Assembly: GCA_041654855.1 (NCBI GenBank)
Contig: JBAZCS010000002.1
Span: 1-63,859, forward strand
Direction: 5' to 3'
Source: Bacilli bacterium
GTDB lineage: Bacteria > Bacillota_I > Bacilli_A > RFN20 > CAG-826
DNA length: 63,859 bases
The number at the start of each line of letters is the position of its first letter. Position 1 is the stretch's first letter. Below, piece after piece: positions 1 through 10,678 of this stretch. Below the pieces are notes generated by a model, which was not told the origin of the DNA, searched no databases, and saw nothing but the letters and a program-made list of their open reading frames with translations. Both the position numbers and the translations under genes were made by a program.

Positions 1-5
1 ATTTT

Positions 6-1349
6 CTATAAAATTCCTCTCGCTTGTAAAAGATTTCGTAATTCATCACTTTTCGCAAAATCTTTATTTAACCTTGCATTTTCGTAGTCTTTTAGCAGTT
101 TTATGTCTTCTTCGCTTAATTCTTTGACCCCTAAATCAAGGCCGAGCACTTCAAGCATCAACATTAAAGTGTTATAAAGTTTAGCGATATTTTCTTCATT
201 ATTTTGACTTCTTCTTAAGGCGACATTTGCCTCTTTAATTACGTTATACATCTCGCTAAGAGCATTAGGAGTATTTAAATCATCACTTAAAGCTTCTTCA
301 AACTTAGAAAGCGCTAAAGTGTCATTACTTACTTTCGGATTCACGGCAAAATAGCGGTTAAACGCCATTAAGGTGCGGCGTAATTTATCAATTTCATTTT
401 GCGTATTCATAATGATATCTTCACTTAAATTAACCGGAGACCGATAATGGGTAGATAAAAGTAATAAGCGTAAAGCACTTGCCCCATACTTTTGAATAAA
501 ATCATTCGCGGTCACAAAATTACCAAGTGACTTTGACATCTTTTGGTTATTTAAATTAATAAAGCCGTTATGTAACCAATAATTAGCAAGCGTCGTATTT
601 TTAAACGCTTTCGCCTGGGCTATTTCATTTTCATGATGCGGGAACTTCAGATCAAAGCCTCCGCCATGAATATCAATTAACGGTTCATCAAAGATGTCAT
701 TAATCATTACCACACATTCCGTGTGCCACCCTGGTCTTCCTTCACCCCACGGGGAAGGCCACTTAATGCCATTATCACTTGTCTTCTTCCACAATAAAAA
801 GTCATGGGGATGTTCTTTTTTACTATTTTCTTCAATGCGTGCGCCAACTTGGAGGTCATCTTGAGAAATATTACTTAGTTCACCATATTCTTTAACAGCG
901 TGAACCCGGAAAAAGACTTCGCCATCTTTAGCGTAAGCAGCGTTATTTGCAATTAATGTTTCAATAAACTTAATCATGCTTTCAATATGACTTGTGGCTT
1001 TGGGAGCAAAACTCGGTCGTTTTGCGTTCAACGCTTTAATACTTTCGTCATAAGCATCAATATAATATTCGCTTATTTCTTTTTCACTTTTGTTGGTCGC
1101 TAAAGCTTTTTCAATGATGCGATCATCAACATCAGTGTAATTTGATACGAACGTTACTTCATAGCCACAATATTCAAAAAAGCGCCGTAATGTATCAAAA
1201 ACAACGACGGGGCGCATGTTGCCAACGTGAACATAATCATAGACGGTTGGTCCACATACATACATTGAAACTTTACCCGAACGGAGTGGTTTAAATAGTT
1301 CTTTTTGTTTCGTTAATGAATTAAATAAATATATGTCTTTATTTTTCAT
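6..1349 (-). CDS. cysS: cysteine--tRNA ligase
   Basis: 447-aa ORF with a class I HIGH-type motif (VHVGNMRP), KMSKS (QKMSKSLGN) and full-length CysRS layout. Confidence 0.95.
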   Translation of the reverse strand: MKNKDIYLFNSLTKQKELFKPLRSGKVSMYVCGPTVYDYVHVGNMRPVVVFDTLRRFFEYCGYEVTFVSNYTDVDDRIIEKALATNKSEKEISEYYIDAYDESIKALNAKRPSFAPKATSHIESMIKFIETLIANNAAYAKDGEVFFRVHAVKEYGELSNISQDDLQVGARIEENSKKEHPHDFLLWKKTSDNGIKWPSPWGEGRPGWHTECVVMINDIFDEPLIDIHGGGFDLKFPHHENEIAQAKAFKNTTLANYWLHNGFINLNNQKMSKSLGNFVTANDFIQKYGASALRLLLLSTHYRSPVNLSEDIIMNTQNEIDKLRRTLMAFNRYFAVNPKVSNDTLALSKFEEALSDDLNTPNALSEMYNVIKEANVALRRSQNNEENIAKLYNTLMLMLEVLGLDLGVKELSEEDIKLLKDYENARLNKDFAKSDELRNLLQARGIL

Positions 1350-1355
1350 AAGTAT

Positions 1356-1364
1356 ATTTTAGCA
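1356..1364 (-). promoter_or_regulatory. extended -10 box TGcTAAAAT, 6 nt upstream of the cysS ATG; candidate leaderless promoter
   Basis: Minus strand reads catgcTAAAATatacttATG. There is no GGAGG-like element between the box and the start. Confidence 0.45.
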
Positions 1365-1410
1365 TGATAAGTAACTTTAAGTTAAATACTTAAAAGTTTC
1401 TATGTCACAC

Positions 1411-2076
1411 TTAATCCTCACTTTCTAAAAGTAAGATGTCACTAAATTTTTTAAGGATCTGAAGTTTTTTATCACGAATTAGTAATACATTTTTATCATA
1501 GCCGTGGGGCACAATCGCGGCGTTAATGCTAGCGTTTTTCGCGCTTAAGTAATCAACATGACTATCACCGACAAATAACACCTTTTCTAAAGGCGCATCA
1601 ATGTCTTTTAAGATTGTCCCTAAAAACTTTGGATTAGGTTTAATAATCCCGTCACCTTTATCGCCGCGCACTAGGATAAAAGTATTATCATCAAAAAACT
1701 TACTAACAACTTCTACCGCAATAGCGTGCGGTTTATTGGTCGCCACATATAACACAACATTTTGCGCTTTTAAGGCCGCTAGCGTTTCTTTAACCCCAGG
1801 GAATACTTTTGTATAAGTAGCAGTGTTTTGTTCGTAATACTTCGTTAAAAGCGCGTTTACTGCGTCAAAATGACTTTCTTTTAAGAAGCGCGCCTTAAGC
1901 GCTCTTTTAATTTGTTCATCTTTCCCGCTGCCAATAAAAGAGGCCATTTCGCGCTCATTAAAATTACCGCGTAAGCCAAGTTCTTTAAAGGTTTTATTTA
2001 AGTTATATAGTAAGTCAGGAATCGTATCAAGAAGCGTCCCGTCAAGATCAAAAATAATATGTTCGTAACGCGCCAT
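1411..2076 (-). CDS. HAD-IA family phosphatase (phosphoglycolate phosphatase/PpaX-like)
   Basis: 221-aa ORF with HAD motif I FDLDGTLLDT near the N-terminus and motif IV-like VGDSHVDY. Confidence 0.75.
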   Translation of the reverse strand: MARYEHIIFDLDGTLLDTIPDLLYNLNKTFKELGLRGNFNEREMASFIGSGKDEQIKRALKARFLKESHFDAVNALLTKYYEQNTATYTKVFPGVKETLAALKAQNVVLYVATNKPHAIAVEVVSKFFDDNTFILVRGDKGDGIIKPNPKFLGTILKDIDAPLEKVLFVGDSHVDYLSAKNASINAAIVPHGYDKNVLLIRDKKLQILKKFSDILLLESED

Positions 2077-2078
2077 TT

Positions 2079-2621
2079 TTATTCTGCCACCACGAAAGTA
2101 TCAAGGACTAAAAAAGTAATGCCGAGGCCAATTGATATATAGCCGATAATTTCCCATAAGCGACTCGCAAATTCATTATTCGAGGTAAAAGCTTCGCTTA
2201 CGCCACTTGCGATAAAAGCAAGACCAATTAATATTCTTAAAATACCAACAATTAAGGTGACAACATTGCGCGAACTTGCAAAAAAGATAAAATCAAAAAT
2301 TGCTAAAACACCAAGTAAAACACCAAGTAAAAGCATACCGTAAGCTTGAAGGGGCTCACTAAAGATTGCAATTACAATACCTAAAACAATTAAAAAAGTA
2401 CTTAACACATAATCAAGCACTTTAACTTGTTGTTTGCGGGCAGCGATAAAATTAAGGAGTGAAATAAAACCAATAAGGCCGACAACGATACCGATCAAAT
2501 AAAAAAGGCTACCTGCCGGGTCAACTTTATATTTCACAAGCATCGCCCCAATAATAATGAGGGCCACACTCGTCGAGACCGTTATTCCAAAACTTAATTT
2601 TGAATTAAATGATAGCTTCAT
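2079..2621 (-). CDS. polytopic membrane protein, possibly DUF308/HdeD-like
   Basis: 180-aa ORF, about 6 hydrophobic helices rich in G/I/L, with SD AAAGGAGAG upstream. The family guess is weak. Confidence 0.6.
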   Translation of the reverse strand: MKLSFNSKLSFGITVSTSVALIIIGAMLVKYKVDPAGSLFYLIGIVVGLIGFISLLNFIAARKQQVKVLDYVLSTFLIVLGIVIAIFSEPLQAYGMLLLGVLLGVLAIFDFIFFASSRNVVTLIVGILRILIGLAFIASGVSEAFTSNNEFASRLWEIIGYISIGLGITFLVLDTFVVAE

Positions 2622-2670
2622 ATTTCTCTCCTTTAGGCTATTTAATGTTACATTAAATAATCGCTTTTTG

Positions 2671-2706
2671 CAATAAAAGAAAAGCCTAACTTTGCAATTA
2701 GGCTTT
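2671..2706 (-). terminator. intrinsic terminator after rplQ
   Basis: A 9-bp perfect stem AAAGCCTAA/TTAGGCTTT with an 8-nt loop, followed on the minus strand by UCUUUUAUU. Confidence 0.75.
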
Positions 2707-2728
2707 CAATTTTTATTTTTGGTCAGCG

Positions 2729-3130
2729 TTATTCGACAAATTCAAGAATAACAACTGGCGCATTATCACCACGACGTGGACCAAGTTTTAATAAACGAGT
2801 GTAACCACCATTACGGTCTTTAAACTTCGGACCAAGCTCATTGAATAAAACATCTAATGCACTGACACCGTCTTTGCGGGCAATGCCATCACGTAACCGT
2901 GCTCTAGCAAGGCGGCGGCTATGTAAGTCACCACGCTTGGCAAGGGTAATTAATTTTTCGACATTTTGTTGGGCTTGTTTTCCAACTTTAGCGGTGAGGG
3001 TCACTTTGCCGTAAACAATAAGTTCACTTGTGACGTTGCGAAGCATCGCTTCGTCTTTACTTTTCGTATATGCGGCTTTAAAGCGAACGCCTGTTTTGCC
3101 ACGTACGTTTTTTCTACCTTGTGCTGGCAT
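2729..3130 (-). CDS. rplQ: 50S ribosomal protein L17
   Basis: 133-aa ORF with the L17 core (LITLAKRGDLHSRRLA), in the last position of the alpha cluster after rpoA. Confidence 0.93.
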   Translation of the reverse strand: MPAQGRKNVRGKTGVRFKAAYTKSKDEAMLRNVTSELIVYGKVTLTAKVGKQAQQNVEKLITLAKRGDLHSRRLARARLRDGIARKDGVSALDVLFNELGPKFKDRNGGYTRLLKLGPRRGDNAPVVILEFVE

Positions 3131-3139
3131 AATTTACCT

Positions 3140-4117
3140 CTATTCTAAGTTTCCTCGGAAATTAAGTCCGAGTTCTTTAAGTTTGTCTTTAATTTCTTTA
3201 AATGACACTTTACCTAAAGCCCTAATTTTAAGGACTTCATCTTCGGTCATGTTTGCAAGTTCTTGCACTGTTTGAATACCGGCTCTTTTTAAGCAGTTGT
3301 AGGAACGGACACTAATGTTGAGTTCTTCAATTTTAAGATCAACCGTCGTTGCCGTTGCCACTTCTTCTTGTTCATTGAATACTTCAACGTCAATCGCTGA
3401 TTCTTCAAGATCAAGGAATGGTTTATAGTGTTCAATTAAGATTTGCGCACTTAAGGCAAGCGCCTTTTGTGGCGTAATTGAACCGTTTGTCCATACTTCA
3501 AGCGTTAAGCGATCATAATTTTCATCATGACCAACCCGGGTACTTGAGACAGTGTAATTAACTTTCGTAATTGGTGAATAGTTACTATCGGTAGCGATAA
3601 CACCAATCGCACTACCAACTTTATGACGTTCGGCTTTATTTTCTTCACTTGTGACATAACCGCGACCATTACGGGCAAAGATTGTCATTTTTAAGTGTCC
3701 GCCTTCTGCGACATTAGCGATTACTAATTCTTCATTAATAACGGTAACGTCATATGGAAGGACTAAGTCTTTTCCGGTTACAACAGCCGGACCAGTAACG
3801 TCAATTTCTAATTTTTTAACATTTGGTTCTTTATCATCAATTTTAAGAATAAGTTGTTTGAGGTTCAAAGTAATGGTCGTGACATCCTCAATAACGCCAG
3901 GGAGTGTTTGGAACTCGTGCCGAGCGCCTTCAATCGTAAGCGCGAACACACTGGCGCCAGGTAAGGCACTAAGTAGTAAGCGCCGGAAGCTATTTCCTAA
4001 TGTTTGACCAAAACCACGTTCTAATGGTTCTAGTTCGAATTTGCCATAGTTATCAGTGGCGTAGTAATTCTTTTCTTTAAAGATTGTCGGGTTGAATGGG
4101 ATGATAATATTACTCAT
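3140..4117 (-). CDS. rpoA: DNA-directed RNA polymerase subunit alpha
   Basis: 325-aa ORF with N-terminal dimerisation and C-terminal domain sequences (ELNISVRSYNCLKRAGI), in the canonical position. Confidence 0.97.
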   Translation of the reverse strand: MSNIIIPFNPTIFKEKNYYATDNYGKFELEPLERGFGQTLGNSFRRLLLSALPGASVFALTIEGARHEFQTLPGVIEDVTTITLNLKQLILKIDDKEPNVKKLEIDVTGPAVVTGKDLVLPYDVTVINEELVIANVAEGGHLKMTIFARNGRGYVTSEENKAERHKVGSAIGVIATDSNYSPITKVNYTVSSTRVGHDENYDRLTLEVWTNGSITPQKALALSAQILIEHYKPFLDLEESAIDVEVFNEQEEVATATTVDLKIEELNISVRSYNCLKRAGIQTVQELANMTEDEVLKIRALGKVSFKEIKDKLKELGLNFRGNLE

Positions 4118-4126
4118 GTTTCCTCC

Positions 4127-4522
4127 TTATCCACGTGGCCGTTTCGGTGGCCGGCAGCCGTTATGCGGAATTGGGGTTGTATCTTCAATTCCGGTAATTG
4201 TTAAACCTGCGAGGGCGAGGGCGCGAATTGCAGCTTCACGGCCTTGTCCTGGACCTTTGACATTAACATCAACCGTTTTAAGGCCTTGTTCGACTGCTAC
4301 TTTAGCGGCCGCTTCTCCTGCTAATTGGGCAGCCCATGCTGTGCTTTTTTTACTTCCCTTGAAGCCTAATGCACCAGCGCTACTCCAACTGATTGCGTTG
4401 CCTTGTTCATCGGTAATGGTAACGATTGTATTGTTAAAGGTGGAGTGAATGTGGGCGATACATTTCGTATACGAACGACGTATTTTACGTTTTCTAGAAG
4501 TAGTTTTTCTTGCTTTTGCCAT
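4127..4522 (-). CDS. rpsK: 30S ribosomal protein S11
   Basis: 131-aa ORF with typical S11 sequence ([15 protein letters not shown]...[11 protein letters not shown]), between rpsM and rpoA. Confidence 0.97.
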   Translation of the reverse strand: MAKARKTTSRKRKIRRSYTKCIAHIHSTFNNTIVTITDEQGNAISWSSAGALGFKGSKKSTAWAAQLAGEAAAKVAVEQGLKTVDVNVKGPGQGREAAIRALALAGLTITGIEDTTPIPHNGCRPPKRPRG

Positions 4523-4537
4523 ACGTTTATTCCCTCC

Positions 4538-4915
4538 TTATCCTTGTGACGCTTGCTTTTTATTAGCAATCGTTTTCTTTGGTCCCTTACGGGTTCTTGC
4601 GTTTGTTTTCGTCCGTTGACCACGAACGGGTAAGCCACGACGGTGGCGAATACCACGGTAACTGCCAATTTCCGTAAGCCGCTTAATATTAAGGGCTACT
4701 TGACGGCGAGCGTCACCTTCAACGCGGTATTTTGTAATTTCTTGACGAATGACGCCAAGTTGTTCTTCAGTTAAGTCTTTAACGCGAATGTCTTCGCTAA
4801 TGTTGACTGCGGCTAAAATCTTTTTCGCGGTTGAAAGTCCAACACCGTAAATGTATTGAAGACTAACAACGACGCGTTTGTCATTTGGAATATCTACACC
4901 AACTATACGTGCCAT
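4538..4915 (-). CDS. rpsM: 30S ribosomal protein S13
   Basis: 125-aa ORF starting [10 protein letters not shown], with [23 protein letters not shown]. Confidence 0.97.
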   Translation of the reverse strand: MARIVGVDIPNDKRVVVSLQYIYGVGLSTAKKILAAVNISEDIRVKDLTEEQLGVIRQEITKYRVEGDARRQVALNIKRLTEIGSYRGIRHRRGLPVRGQRTKTNARTRKGPKKTIANKKQASQG

Positions 4916-4929
4916 ATTCTTTTTCCTCC

Positions 4930-5043
4930 TTACCCTTGTCTTTGCTTATGCTTCGGGTTTTCGCAAATAACCATTACGGTTCCTTTACGGCGAATGACCC
5001 GGCATTTATCGCAAATTGGTTTGACTGAGGCTCTTACTTTCAT
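4930..5043 (-). CDS. rpmJ: 50S ribosomal protein L36
   Basis: Hand-translated ORF not in the track (under 60 aa): [37 protein letters not shown] (37 aa). GGAGG-type SD upstream, located between infA and rpsM. Confidence 0.95.
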   Translation of the reverse strand: MKVRASVKPICDKCRVIRRKGTVMVICENPKHKQRQG

Positions 5044-5062
5044 AATGTTTCCTCCTATTCGG

Positions 5063-5281
5063 TTACTTATACCGATATGTAATGCGGCCCCGTGTTAAAT
5101 CATAGGGCGAAATTTCAACTGCGACACGATCACCTGGTAGAATGCGAATGTTATACATTCTGATTTTACCAGAAACGTGGGCCATAATAATGTGTCCGTT
5201 GTCTAGTTGCACTTTGAAGTTTACGCCTGGTAAACATTCAAGTACTTTCGCCTCGACGGTAATAACGTCAGATTTTGCCAT
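5063..5281 (-). CDS. infA: translation initiation factor IF-1
   Basis: 72-aa ORF with an S1-like fold sequence ([13 protein letters not shown]...[15 protein letters not shown]). Confidence 0.96.
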   Translation of the reverse strand: MAKSDVITVEAKVLECLPGVNFKVQLDNGHIIMAHVSGKIRMYNIRILPGDRVAVEISPYDLTRGRITYRYK

Positions 5282-5282
5282 G

Positions 5283-6041
5283 TTATTCCTCCCCCATTGT
5301 TAATACTTCATAGCCATTTTCGGTAATAACGATAGTGTTTTCATAATGGCTTGCTAACTTTCCGTCTTTTGTTTTGACGGTCCAACCGTCTTTTAAGACG
5401 ATAAGGTCGACTAACCCTTCGTTTAACATTGGTTCTACGGCTAAGGTCATTCCTACTTTAAGAACGGGACCGTGGCCAATAGTGCCAACATTAGGTACAA
5501 CTGGCGGTTCATGGAGTCTTCTTCCGACACCATGGCCAGTAAATTCACTCGTCACGGTATAGCCGTGGCGCGTTGCGTATTCATGAATCGCATGACCTAT
5601 ATCTCCGATATGATTGCCTGGTTTAGCCACTTTATCAAGGGCATAAAAGAAGCTTTCTTCGGTTACTTTAACGAGGTTGCGGGCGGCATCACTTACATTA
5701 CCGATCATAAAGGTGCGGCATGCGTCAGCAATATAGCCGTTTTTCGTAACACCGACATCAACACTGACGATGTCTCCATCTTTTAAGATGATGCGTTTAC
5801 TAGGGATGCCATGAATCAGTGTATCATTAACCGACACACAAACATTGCCCTTGAACCCGTTGTAGTTAAGAAATGTTGGAACGCCGCCTTCTTTTAAGAT
5901 GACATCACGCGCAATGGCGTCAACATCTTTAGTGGACATTCCTGGTTTAAGCTCAGCTTTAAGCGTTTTAAAGACGAGACTTACGATGCGACCTGACTCT
6001 TTCATGAGTAAGATTTCGCGGGGCGACTTAATGCTAATCAC
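5283..6041 (-). CDS. map: type I methionine aminopeptidase
   Basis: 252-aa ORF with metal-ligand regions ([24 protein letters not shown]), in the canonical position after adk. Confidence 0.95.
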   Translation of the reverse strand: MISIKSPREILLMKESGRIVSLVFKTLKAELKPGMSTKDVDAIARDVILKEGGVPTFLNYNGFKGNVCVSVNDTLIHGIPSKRIILKDGDIVSVDVGVTKNGYIADACRTFMIGNVSDAARNLVKVTEESFFYALDKVAKPGNHIGDIGHAIHEYATRHGYTVTSEFTGHGVGRRLHEPPVVPNVGTIGHGPVLKVGMTLAVEPMLNEGLVDLIVLKDGWTVKTKDGKLASHYENTIVITENGYEVLTMGEE

Positions 6042-6697
6042 TACTTATTTGCTCCATCGATAATTTTTTGGGCCGCTTTTAATGATTTTTGGATGCCAGT
6101 TCCGCCATCAATTTCATGTAATAAACCTTTTTCGGCATAAAACGCTTCTAATGGTTTTGTTTCATGATAATAATGATCTAAGCGCACGAGTAAGCTTTCC
6201 TTTGTATCATCTTTACGTTGGAATAATTCGCCGCCACATTCATCACAAACACCTTCGACTTTTGGTTTCATCGTTTCCATATGATACGGGGTGCCACATT
6301 TGCGGCAGACACGACGACCAGTAATTCTTCTTACTAATTCATCTTCCGCACATGTAATGTTAATGACGACGTTAATGGCGCGGCCAAGATCGCTACCAAT
6401 CGTGTCAAGCGCTGCTGCTTGCACTAAGGTACGCGGGAAGCCATCAAGAAGATATCCATTTGCGCAATCGGGTTGGCTAAGTCTTTCGCGCACAATGCCG
6501 ATTGTTACTTCGTCAGGCACTAAATGGCCTTCGTTAATGTAACTTGCGGCAAGTCTCCCTAATGGTTCGCCGTTTTTAATTGCTTCTCTAAACATATCAC
6601 CCGTAGAAATGTGGGGGATTTTATAAATAGCAATTAATTGTTTGGCCAAGGTGCCTTTGCCGGCACCTGGTGGCCCTAATAATATAATATTACTCAT
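6041..6697 (-). CDS. adk: adenylate kinase (Cys4 zinc lid type)
   Basis: 218-aa ORF with P-loop GPPGAGKGT and lid CRKCG...CDECGG. Confidence 0.96.
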   Translation of the reverse strand: MSNIILLGPPGAGKGTLAKQLIAIYKIPHISTGDMFREAIKNGEPLGRLAASYINEGHLVPDEVTIGIVRERLSQPDCANGYLLDGFPRTLVQAAALDTIGSDLGRAINVVINITCAEDELVRRITGRRVCRKCGTPYHMETMKPKVEGVCDECGGELFQRKDDTKESLLVRLDHYYHETKPLEAFYAEKGLLHEIDGGTGIQKSLKAAQKIIDGANK

Positions 6698-6702
6698 AAT
6701 AT

Positions 6703-8052
6703 CTACCTTCCTAGAATGCTGCCTTGCTCTTCAAAGGAGCGTCCAGCGAGTAACCCGTCGATTTGGCTATTAACTTCAATTGCAACCCCGACGACAATGA
6801 TAAGTCCCGTTCCCCCTAAGGCTAAGCTTTGGTCAGGTACTATTTTAAGTAAGACGAGAACTATCGGTAAGGCGGCGATAAGCGCTAAACTGAAGGCGCC
6901 AATGACGGTTATCCGGTTAAGCACTTTGCTTACATACCGTTCAGTTTCCGCACCAGGGCGAACACCGGGAATGTAACTACCATTTTTTTGGAAGTTTTCC
7001 GCAAGTTTTTCCGGATTAATTTGTAACTTCGCGTAGAAGAACGCAAAGACGACAATTAAGAAGAGATAAATAATTAGTCCCCATGGCATTTGCCATGTTC
7101 CGCCATTAAACCACGGCATCGTTACCGTCGCACTTGAGTTAAAGATTTTTAACCATTCGGCTTCTAAGTTCGTGCCGCTTATAAACGAAGCGATAATTGA
7201 CGGGGCCATCATAATCGAACTAGCGAAGATGACAGGAATAACCCCGGCACTATTAATCTTAATTGGTAAGAAACTTGCTTGCGCCATTTTCCTGGTTTGA
7301 CCGCTTTTACCAGCGTGTTGTACCGGAATTTTCCGTTTGCTCGTTTCAATAAAGGTAATAAATCCAATAATAATTAAGAAGCTAATCACATAAACACCAA
7401 ATTGTAATAATCCGATGAATAATTGTTGGCTTCCTTGGCCAACTTTATCGCTTAACCAGTTTTGGTAGGCGCGAATAATTTGTTGGGGGAGGCTGCTAAC
7501 GATCCCGGCGAAGATAATCATCGAGATACCGTTACCAATGCCTTTGCTACTTATTTGGTCGGCAAGCCACATGACAAGCATCGTTCCCGCAAGCATGACG
7601 GTAATGATGTAGGCATATGACCAGAATGTTGATGAGGCAAGCGTAATATAACTTTGATTTTCCATCGTTACGATAACGCCATAAGCTTGAACTGCTCCTA
7701 ACATAAGTGTTAAGTAGCGGTTCGTCATTTCCATCTTCTTCCGGCCGTAATCTCCTTGATTAGCAAGGTCGGTTAAGGCTGGTAAGACGTCCATTGATAA
7801 TAATTGGACGATAATGGAGGCAGTAATATAAGGACTAACCCCGAGGGCAAAAACACTAAATTGTTGTAATGTTCCGCCACCGAGTAAGTTCATAAGTCCG
7901 AACGCATCGTTATTTTGGAAACTGAAGTCACTAAGGGTGACGCCAGGAACAGTAATCGCAGCGCCAATTCGGAAGACAAACATAATCATGATCGTAAAGA
8001 AAATACGATCGACAATTTCTTTATTCTTGAATATAGCAGCGATCTTTCTCAT
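6703..8052 (-). CDS. secY: preprotein translocase subunit SecY
   Basis: 449-aa ORF with about 10 TM helices, between rplO and adk. Confidence 0.96.
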   Translation of the reverse strand: MRKIAAIFKNKEIVDRIFFTIMIMFVFRIGAAITVPGVTLSDFSFQNNDAFGLMNLLGGGTLQQFSVFALGVSPYITASIIVQLLSMDVLPALTDLANQGDYGRKKMEMTNRYLTLMLGAVQAYGVIVTMENQSYITLASSTFWSYAYIITVMLAGTMLVMWLADQISSKGIGNGISMIIFAGIVSSLPQQIIRAYQNWLSDKVGQGSQQLFIGLLQFGVYVISFLIIIGFITFIETSKRKIPVQHAGKSGQTRKMAQASFLPIKINSAGVIPVIFASSIMMAPSIIASFISGTNLEAEWLKIFNSSATVTMPWFNGGTWQMPWGLIIYLFLIVVFAFFYAKLQINPEKLAENFQKNGSYIPGVRPGAETERYVSKVLNRITVIGAFSLALIAALPIVLVLLKIVPDQSLALGGTGLIIVVGVAIEVNSQIDGLLAGRSFEEQGSILGR

Positions 8053-8053
8053 C

Positions 8054-8497
8054 TTAGATTACCTCTGCTTTTCCGCCTAGCTTAACAATAGCTTCACTCG
8101 CTTTTTGTGAAAATTTGTGGGCTTTAACGGTTAGTTTTTTACTTAGTTCACCGCGTGCTAAGATTTTGACGCCGTGACTTTCTTTATTCGAGATAAGACC
8201 TTTTTCGACGAGTAAGGTAGGGGTAACTACACTTCCTTCATCGAAGATATTAAGTTCTTCTAAGTTTACAACTGCGAATTTAACAGTATTGACGTTATTG
8301 AATCCCCGTTTTGGAATTCGCCGGTATAAAGGCATTTGTCCGCCTTCAAAACCAAGTCTTGTGCCGCCACCGCTTCTTGCTTTTTGGCCCTTTTCACCTT
8401 TACCAGATGTTTTTCCGGTACCAGAGCCAATACCGCGACCTAATCTTTTGGCCGTTTTCTTTGCTCCTTTAGTGTAAGTAAGTTCATGTAATTTCAT
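8054..8497 (-). CDS. rplO: 50S ribosomal protein L15
   Basis: 147-aa ORF with a Gly/Lys-rich N-terminus ([15 protein letters not shown]). It follows rpsE with only a 14-nt gap, so there is no rpmD. Confidence 0.96.
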   Translation of the reverse strand: MKLHELTYTKGAKKTAKRLGRGIGSGTGKTSGKGEKGQKARSGGGTRLGFEGGQMPLYRRIPKRGFNNVNTVKFAVVNLEELNIFDEGSVVTPTLLVEKGLISNKESHGVKILARGELSKKLTVKAHKFSQKASEAIVKLGGKAEVI

Positions 8498-8511
8498 AAC
8501 TATACCTCCTC

Positions 8512-9132
8512 TTACGCTAACTCGCGAAGTCTTTTAACTTCGGAGGCCCGTTTTAAGCCTTTAAGGCCGTTATCGGTCGCTTTTAAAATGTTTAATGGTG
8601 TGCGTGAACCGTAAACTTTGGAGTAAACGTTACGGACACCCGCGAGTTCTAAGATTGCCCGCACTGGACCACCGGCAATAACGCCGGTACCTTCAGGGGC
8701 TGGTTTTAAGAACACTTTACACGCACCAAAGCGGCCGATAATTTCGTGAGCGATGGTGTCACCTTTGACAAGTTCAACGGTGAAAGTATTCTTTTTCGCA
8801 ACTTCAATTGCTTTTTTAATAGCGTCAGGTACTTCTTGGGCTTTAGCGTTTCCAAATCCGTACCGTCCTTTGCCGTAACCAATGACGACAATAGCGGTAA
8901 AGCGTAAACGACGACCACCTTTGGTTGTTTTACTAACGCGATTAATAGCTACAACCCGTTCTTCATAGTCTTTGACCGGGCGATTTTGCCGACGGTTTCC
9001 GCGGCCGCGTGGGCCACCTTCCCGTCTTGGTCCGCGACCACGACGTGGGGCGGGTGCTTCTTCTTTTGGAGCAGCGCTAACTTCAGCAACGACTTCGGCA
9101 GTTTGTTCAACTGGTTTTTTGTTTTCTTCCAT
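8512..9132 (-). CDS. rpsE: 30S ribosomal protein S5 with an Arg/Gly/Pro-rich N-terminal extension
   Basis: 206-aa ORF. The S5 core begins around [18 protein letters not shown]; about 50 extra N-terminal residues ([24 protein letters not shown]). Confidence 0.95.
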   Translation of the reverse strand: MEENKKPVEQTAEVVAEVSAAPKEEAPAPRRGRGPRREGGPRGRGNRRQNRPVKDYEERVVAINRVSKTTKGGRRLRFTAIVVIGYGKGRYGFGNAKAQEVPDAIKKAIEVAKKNTFTVELVKGDTIAHEIIGRFGACKVFLKPAPEGTGVIAGGPVRAILELAGVRNVYSKVYGSRTPLNILKATDNGLKGLKRASEVKRLRELA

Positions 9133-9146
9133 TTTCTCTCTCCTCC

Positions 9147-9503
9147 TTAGAATTCTAACCCGGCTTCACGGGCCGCATCTGCTAATGCTTTAATCCGACC
9201 ATGGTAGAGATAACCACCACGATCGAACACTACTTTTTTTATTTTTAGGGCTAAGGCGATTTTGCCAATTTCTGCACCGACTTTGGCGGCGGATTCGACG
9301 TTATCACCGTGCTCTAATTTGAGTTGGAGTGAACTAGTACTACCTAAGGTTACTCCTTTGACGTCATCGATTAGTTGGACACTGATGTGTTTGTTACTGC
9401 GGAAGACGACTAAGCGGGGAATGTCATGGGTGCCGCTAATTTTGCGCCGAATGCGGCGATGGCGACGTTTTCTAATTTCATTACGTTTAATTTGTTTAAC
9501 CAT
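9147..9503 (-). CDS. rplR: 50S ribosomal protein L18
   Basis: 118-aa ORF with a basic N-terminus ([15 protein letters not shown]) and [19 protein letters not shown] at the end. Confidence 0.96.
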   Translation of the reverse strand: MVKQIKRNEIRKRRHRRIRRKISGTHDIPRLVVFRSNKHISVQLIDDVKGVTLGSTSSLQLKLEHGDNVESAAKVGAEIGKIALALKIKKVVFDRGGYLYHGRIKALADAAREAGLEF

Positions 9504-9515
9504 AAATATTCACCC

Positions 9516-10064
9516 TTATTTCTTAGCGCCTGCGCGCTTTCCTTCCTTACGAATGACTTTTTCATCACGGTATTTAATTCCTTTACCTTTATAAGGTTCA
9601 GGTTTACGCACGGCCCGAATAAGCGCCGCGGTTTGACCGACTGCGTGTTTATTATAACCGGTTACGACGACGGTTGTCGGGTTTTCCACACTAATTGTTG
9701 CACCAGGATGCGGGGCAATTACTGTTTCGTGACTATAACCGACATCAAGTAAGACGCTATCGCCTTTCATACTTGCGCGGTAACCAATCCCGATAATGTC
9801 GAGTTTGATCGTATAACCTTCGCTCGCGCCGACAATGGCGTTATGTAATAATGAACGGACGGTTCCGTGATTTTGTTTTGTTTGTTTAATTTCGTTGGCG
9901 CGTTTGACAACGATGGTGCCTTCTTCGCTAAAATCTAAGCTAATGTTGGCTGGAAGGTGGACATGGTTTTCGCCTTTAGGGCCTTTAACCGTAATGTCAT
10001 TACCGTTTACTTCAACTTTAACCCCTTCTGGGATTGTAATTATTTTATTACCAATTCTTGACAT
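9516..10064 (-). CDS. rplF: 50S ribosomal protein L6
   Basis: 182-aa ORF starting MSRIGNKIITIP, with two-domain L6 sequence. Confidence 0.96.
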   Translation of the reverse strand: MSRIGNKIITIPEGVKVEVNGNDITVKGPKGENHVHLPANISLDFSEEGTIVVKRANEIKQTKQNHGTVRSLLHNAIVGASEGYTIKLDIIGIGYRASMKGDSVLLDVGYSHETVIAPHPGATISVENPTTVVVTGYNKHAVGQTAALIRAVRKPEPYKGKGIKYRDEKVIRKEGKRAGAKK

Positions 10065-10073
10065 AAACCCTCC

Positions 10074-10469
10074 TTACCACACATAGGCGACGACTTCACC
10101 ACCTACGCCTAAGGCGCGGGCTTTCTTGTCGGTCATAATTCCTTGTGATGTTGAGATGATAGCGATGCCTAAGCCCCGTAAGACACGTGGTAATTTATCG
10201 CTTGTCGTGGTAACCCGTAAACCAGGTTTAGAAATCCGTTTTAAGCCGGAAATAACTTTTTCACCTTTTGGACCATACTTTAAGACTAAGGTTAATACTT
10301 TTTTAACTTCGCCATTGACGACGTAGTCAACAATATAGCCTTCTTCTTTTAAGATTTTGGCAATTTGCACTTTGTTTTTGTTACTAGGCATTGCAACAGC
10401 TTCGTGATTTAAGGCATTTGCATTGCGAATTCTAGTTAGCATATCTGCAATTGGATCTGTCATACTCAT
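10074..10469 (-). CDS. rpsH: 30S ribosomal protein S8
   Basis: The ORF track starts at 10490. GGAGG lies 9 nt upstream of the ATG at 10469 ([17 protein letters not shown]), giving the usual 131 aa. Confidence 0.94.
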   Translation of the reverse strand: MSMTDPIADMLTRIRNANALNHEAVAMPSNKNKVQIAKILKEEGYIVDYVVNGEVKKVLTLVLKYGPKGEKVISGLKRISKPGLRVTTTSDKLPRVLRGLGIAIISTSQGIMTDKKARALGVGGEVVAYVW

Positions 10470-10483
10470 GTTGTTGCTCCTCC

Positions 10484-10669
10484 TTACCAACTGGCCTTTT
10501 TCATGCCAGGAATTTCGCCATTATAGGCAAGTTCGCGTAGGCAGATACGGCATACGCCAAACTTTTTGTAGACACTATGTGGACGACCACATCTACTGCA
10601 GCGACTATACGCTCTAACTTTGAATTTAGGCGTTCTTTGTTGCGCTACTCTTTTACTAGTTTTTGCCAT
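10484..10669 (-). CDS. rpsN: 30S ribosomal protein S14, short zinc-binding type
   Basis: 61-aa ORF with CSRCGRP...CRIC (CxxC-CxxC), between rplE and rpsH. Confidence 0.95.
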   Translation of the reverse strand: MAKTSKRVAQQRTPKFKVRAYSRCSRCGRPHSVYKKFGVCRICLRELAYNGEIPGMKKASW

Positions 10670-10678
10670 ATTCCCTCC

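Noticed and set aside
4092-4668. ORFs 4092-4448 (+) and 4366-4668 (-) overlapping rpsK/rpsM
   Set aside because: They are antisense or alternate-frame ORFs inside highly conserved r-protein genes, with improbable composition. The same reasoning applies to 8706-8918, 8972-9193, 9262-9752, 13931-14401, 15474-15671, 16145-16739 and 16684-16917.
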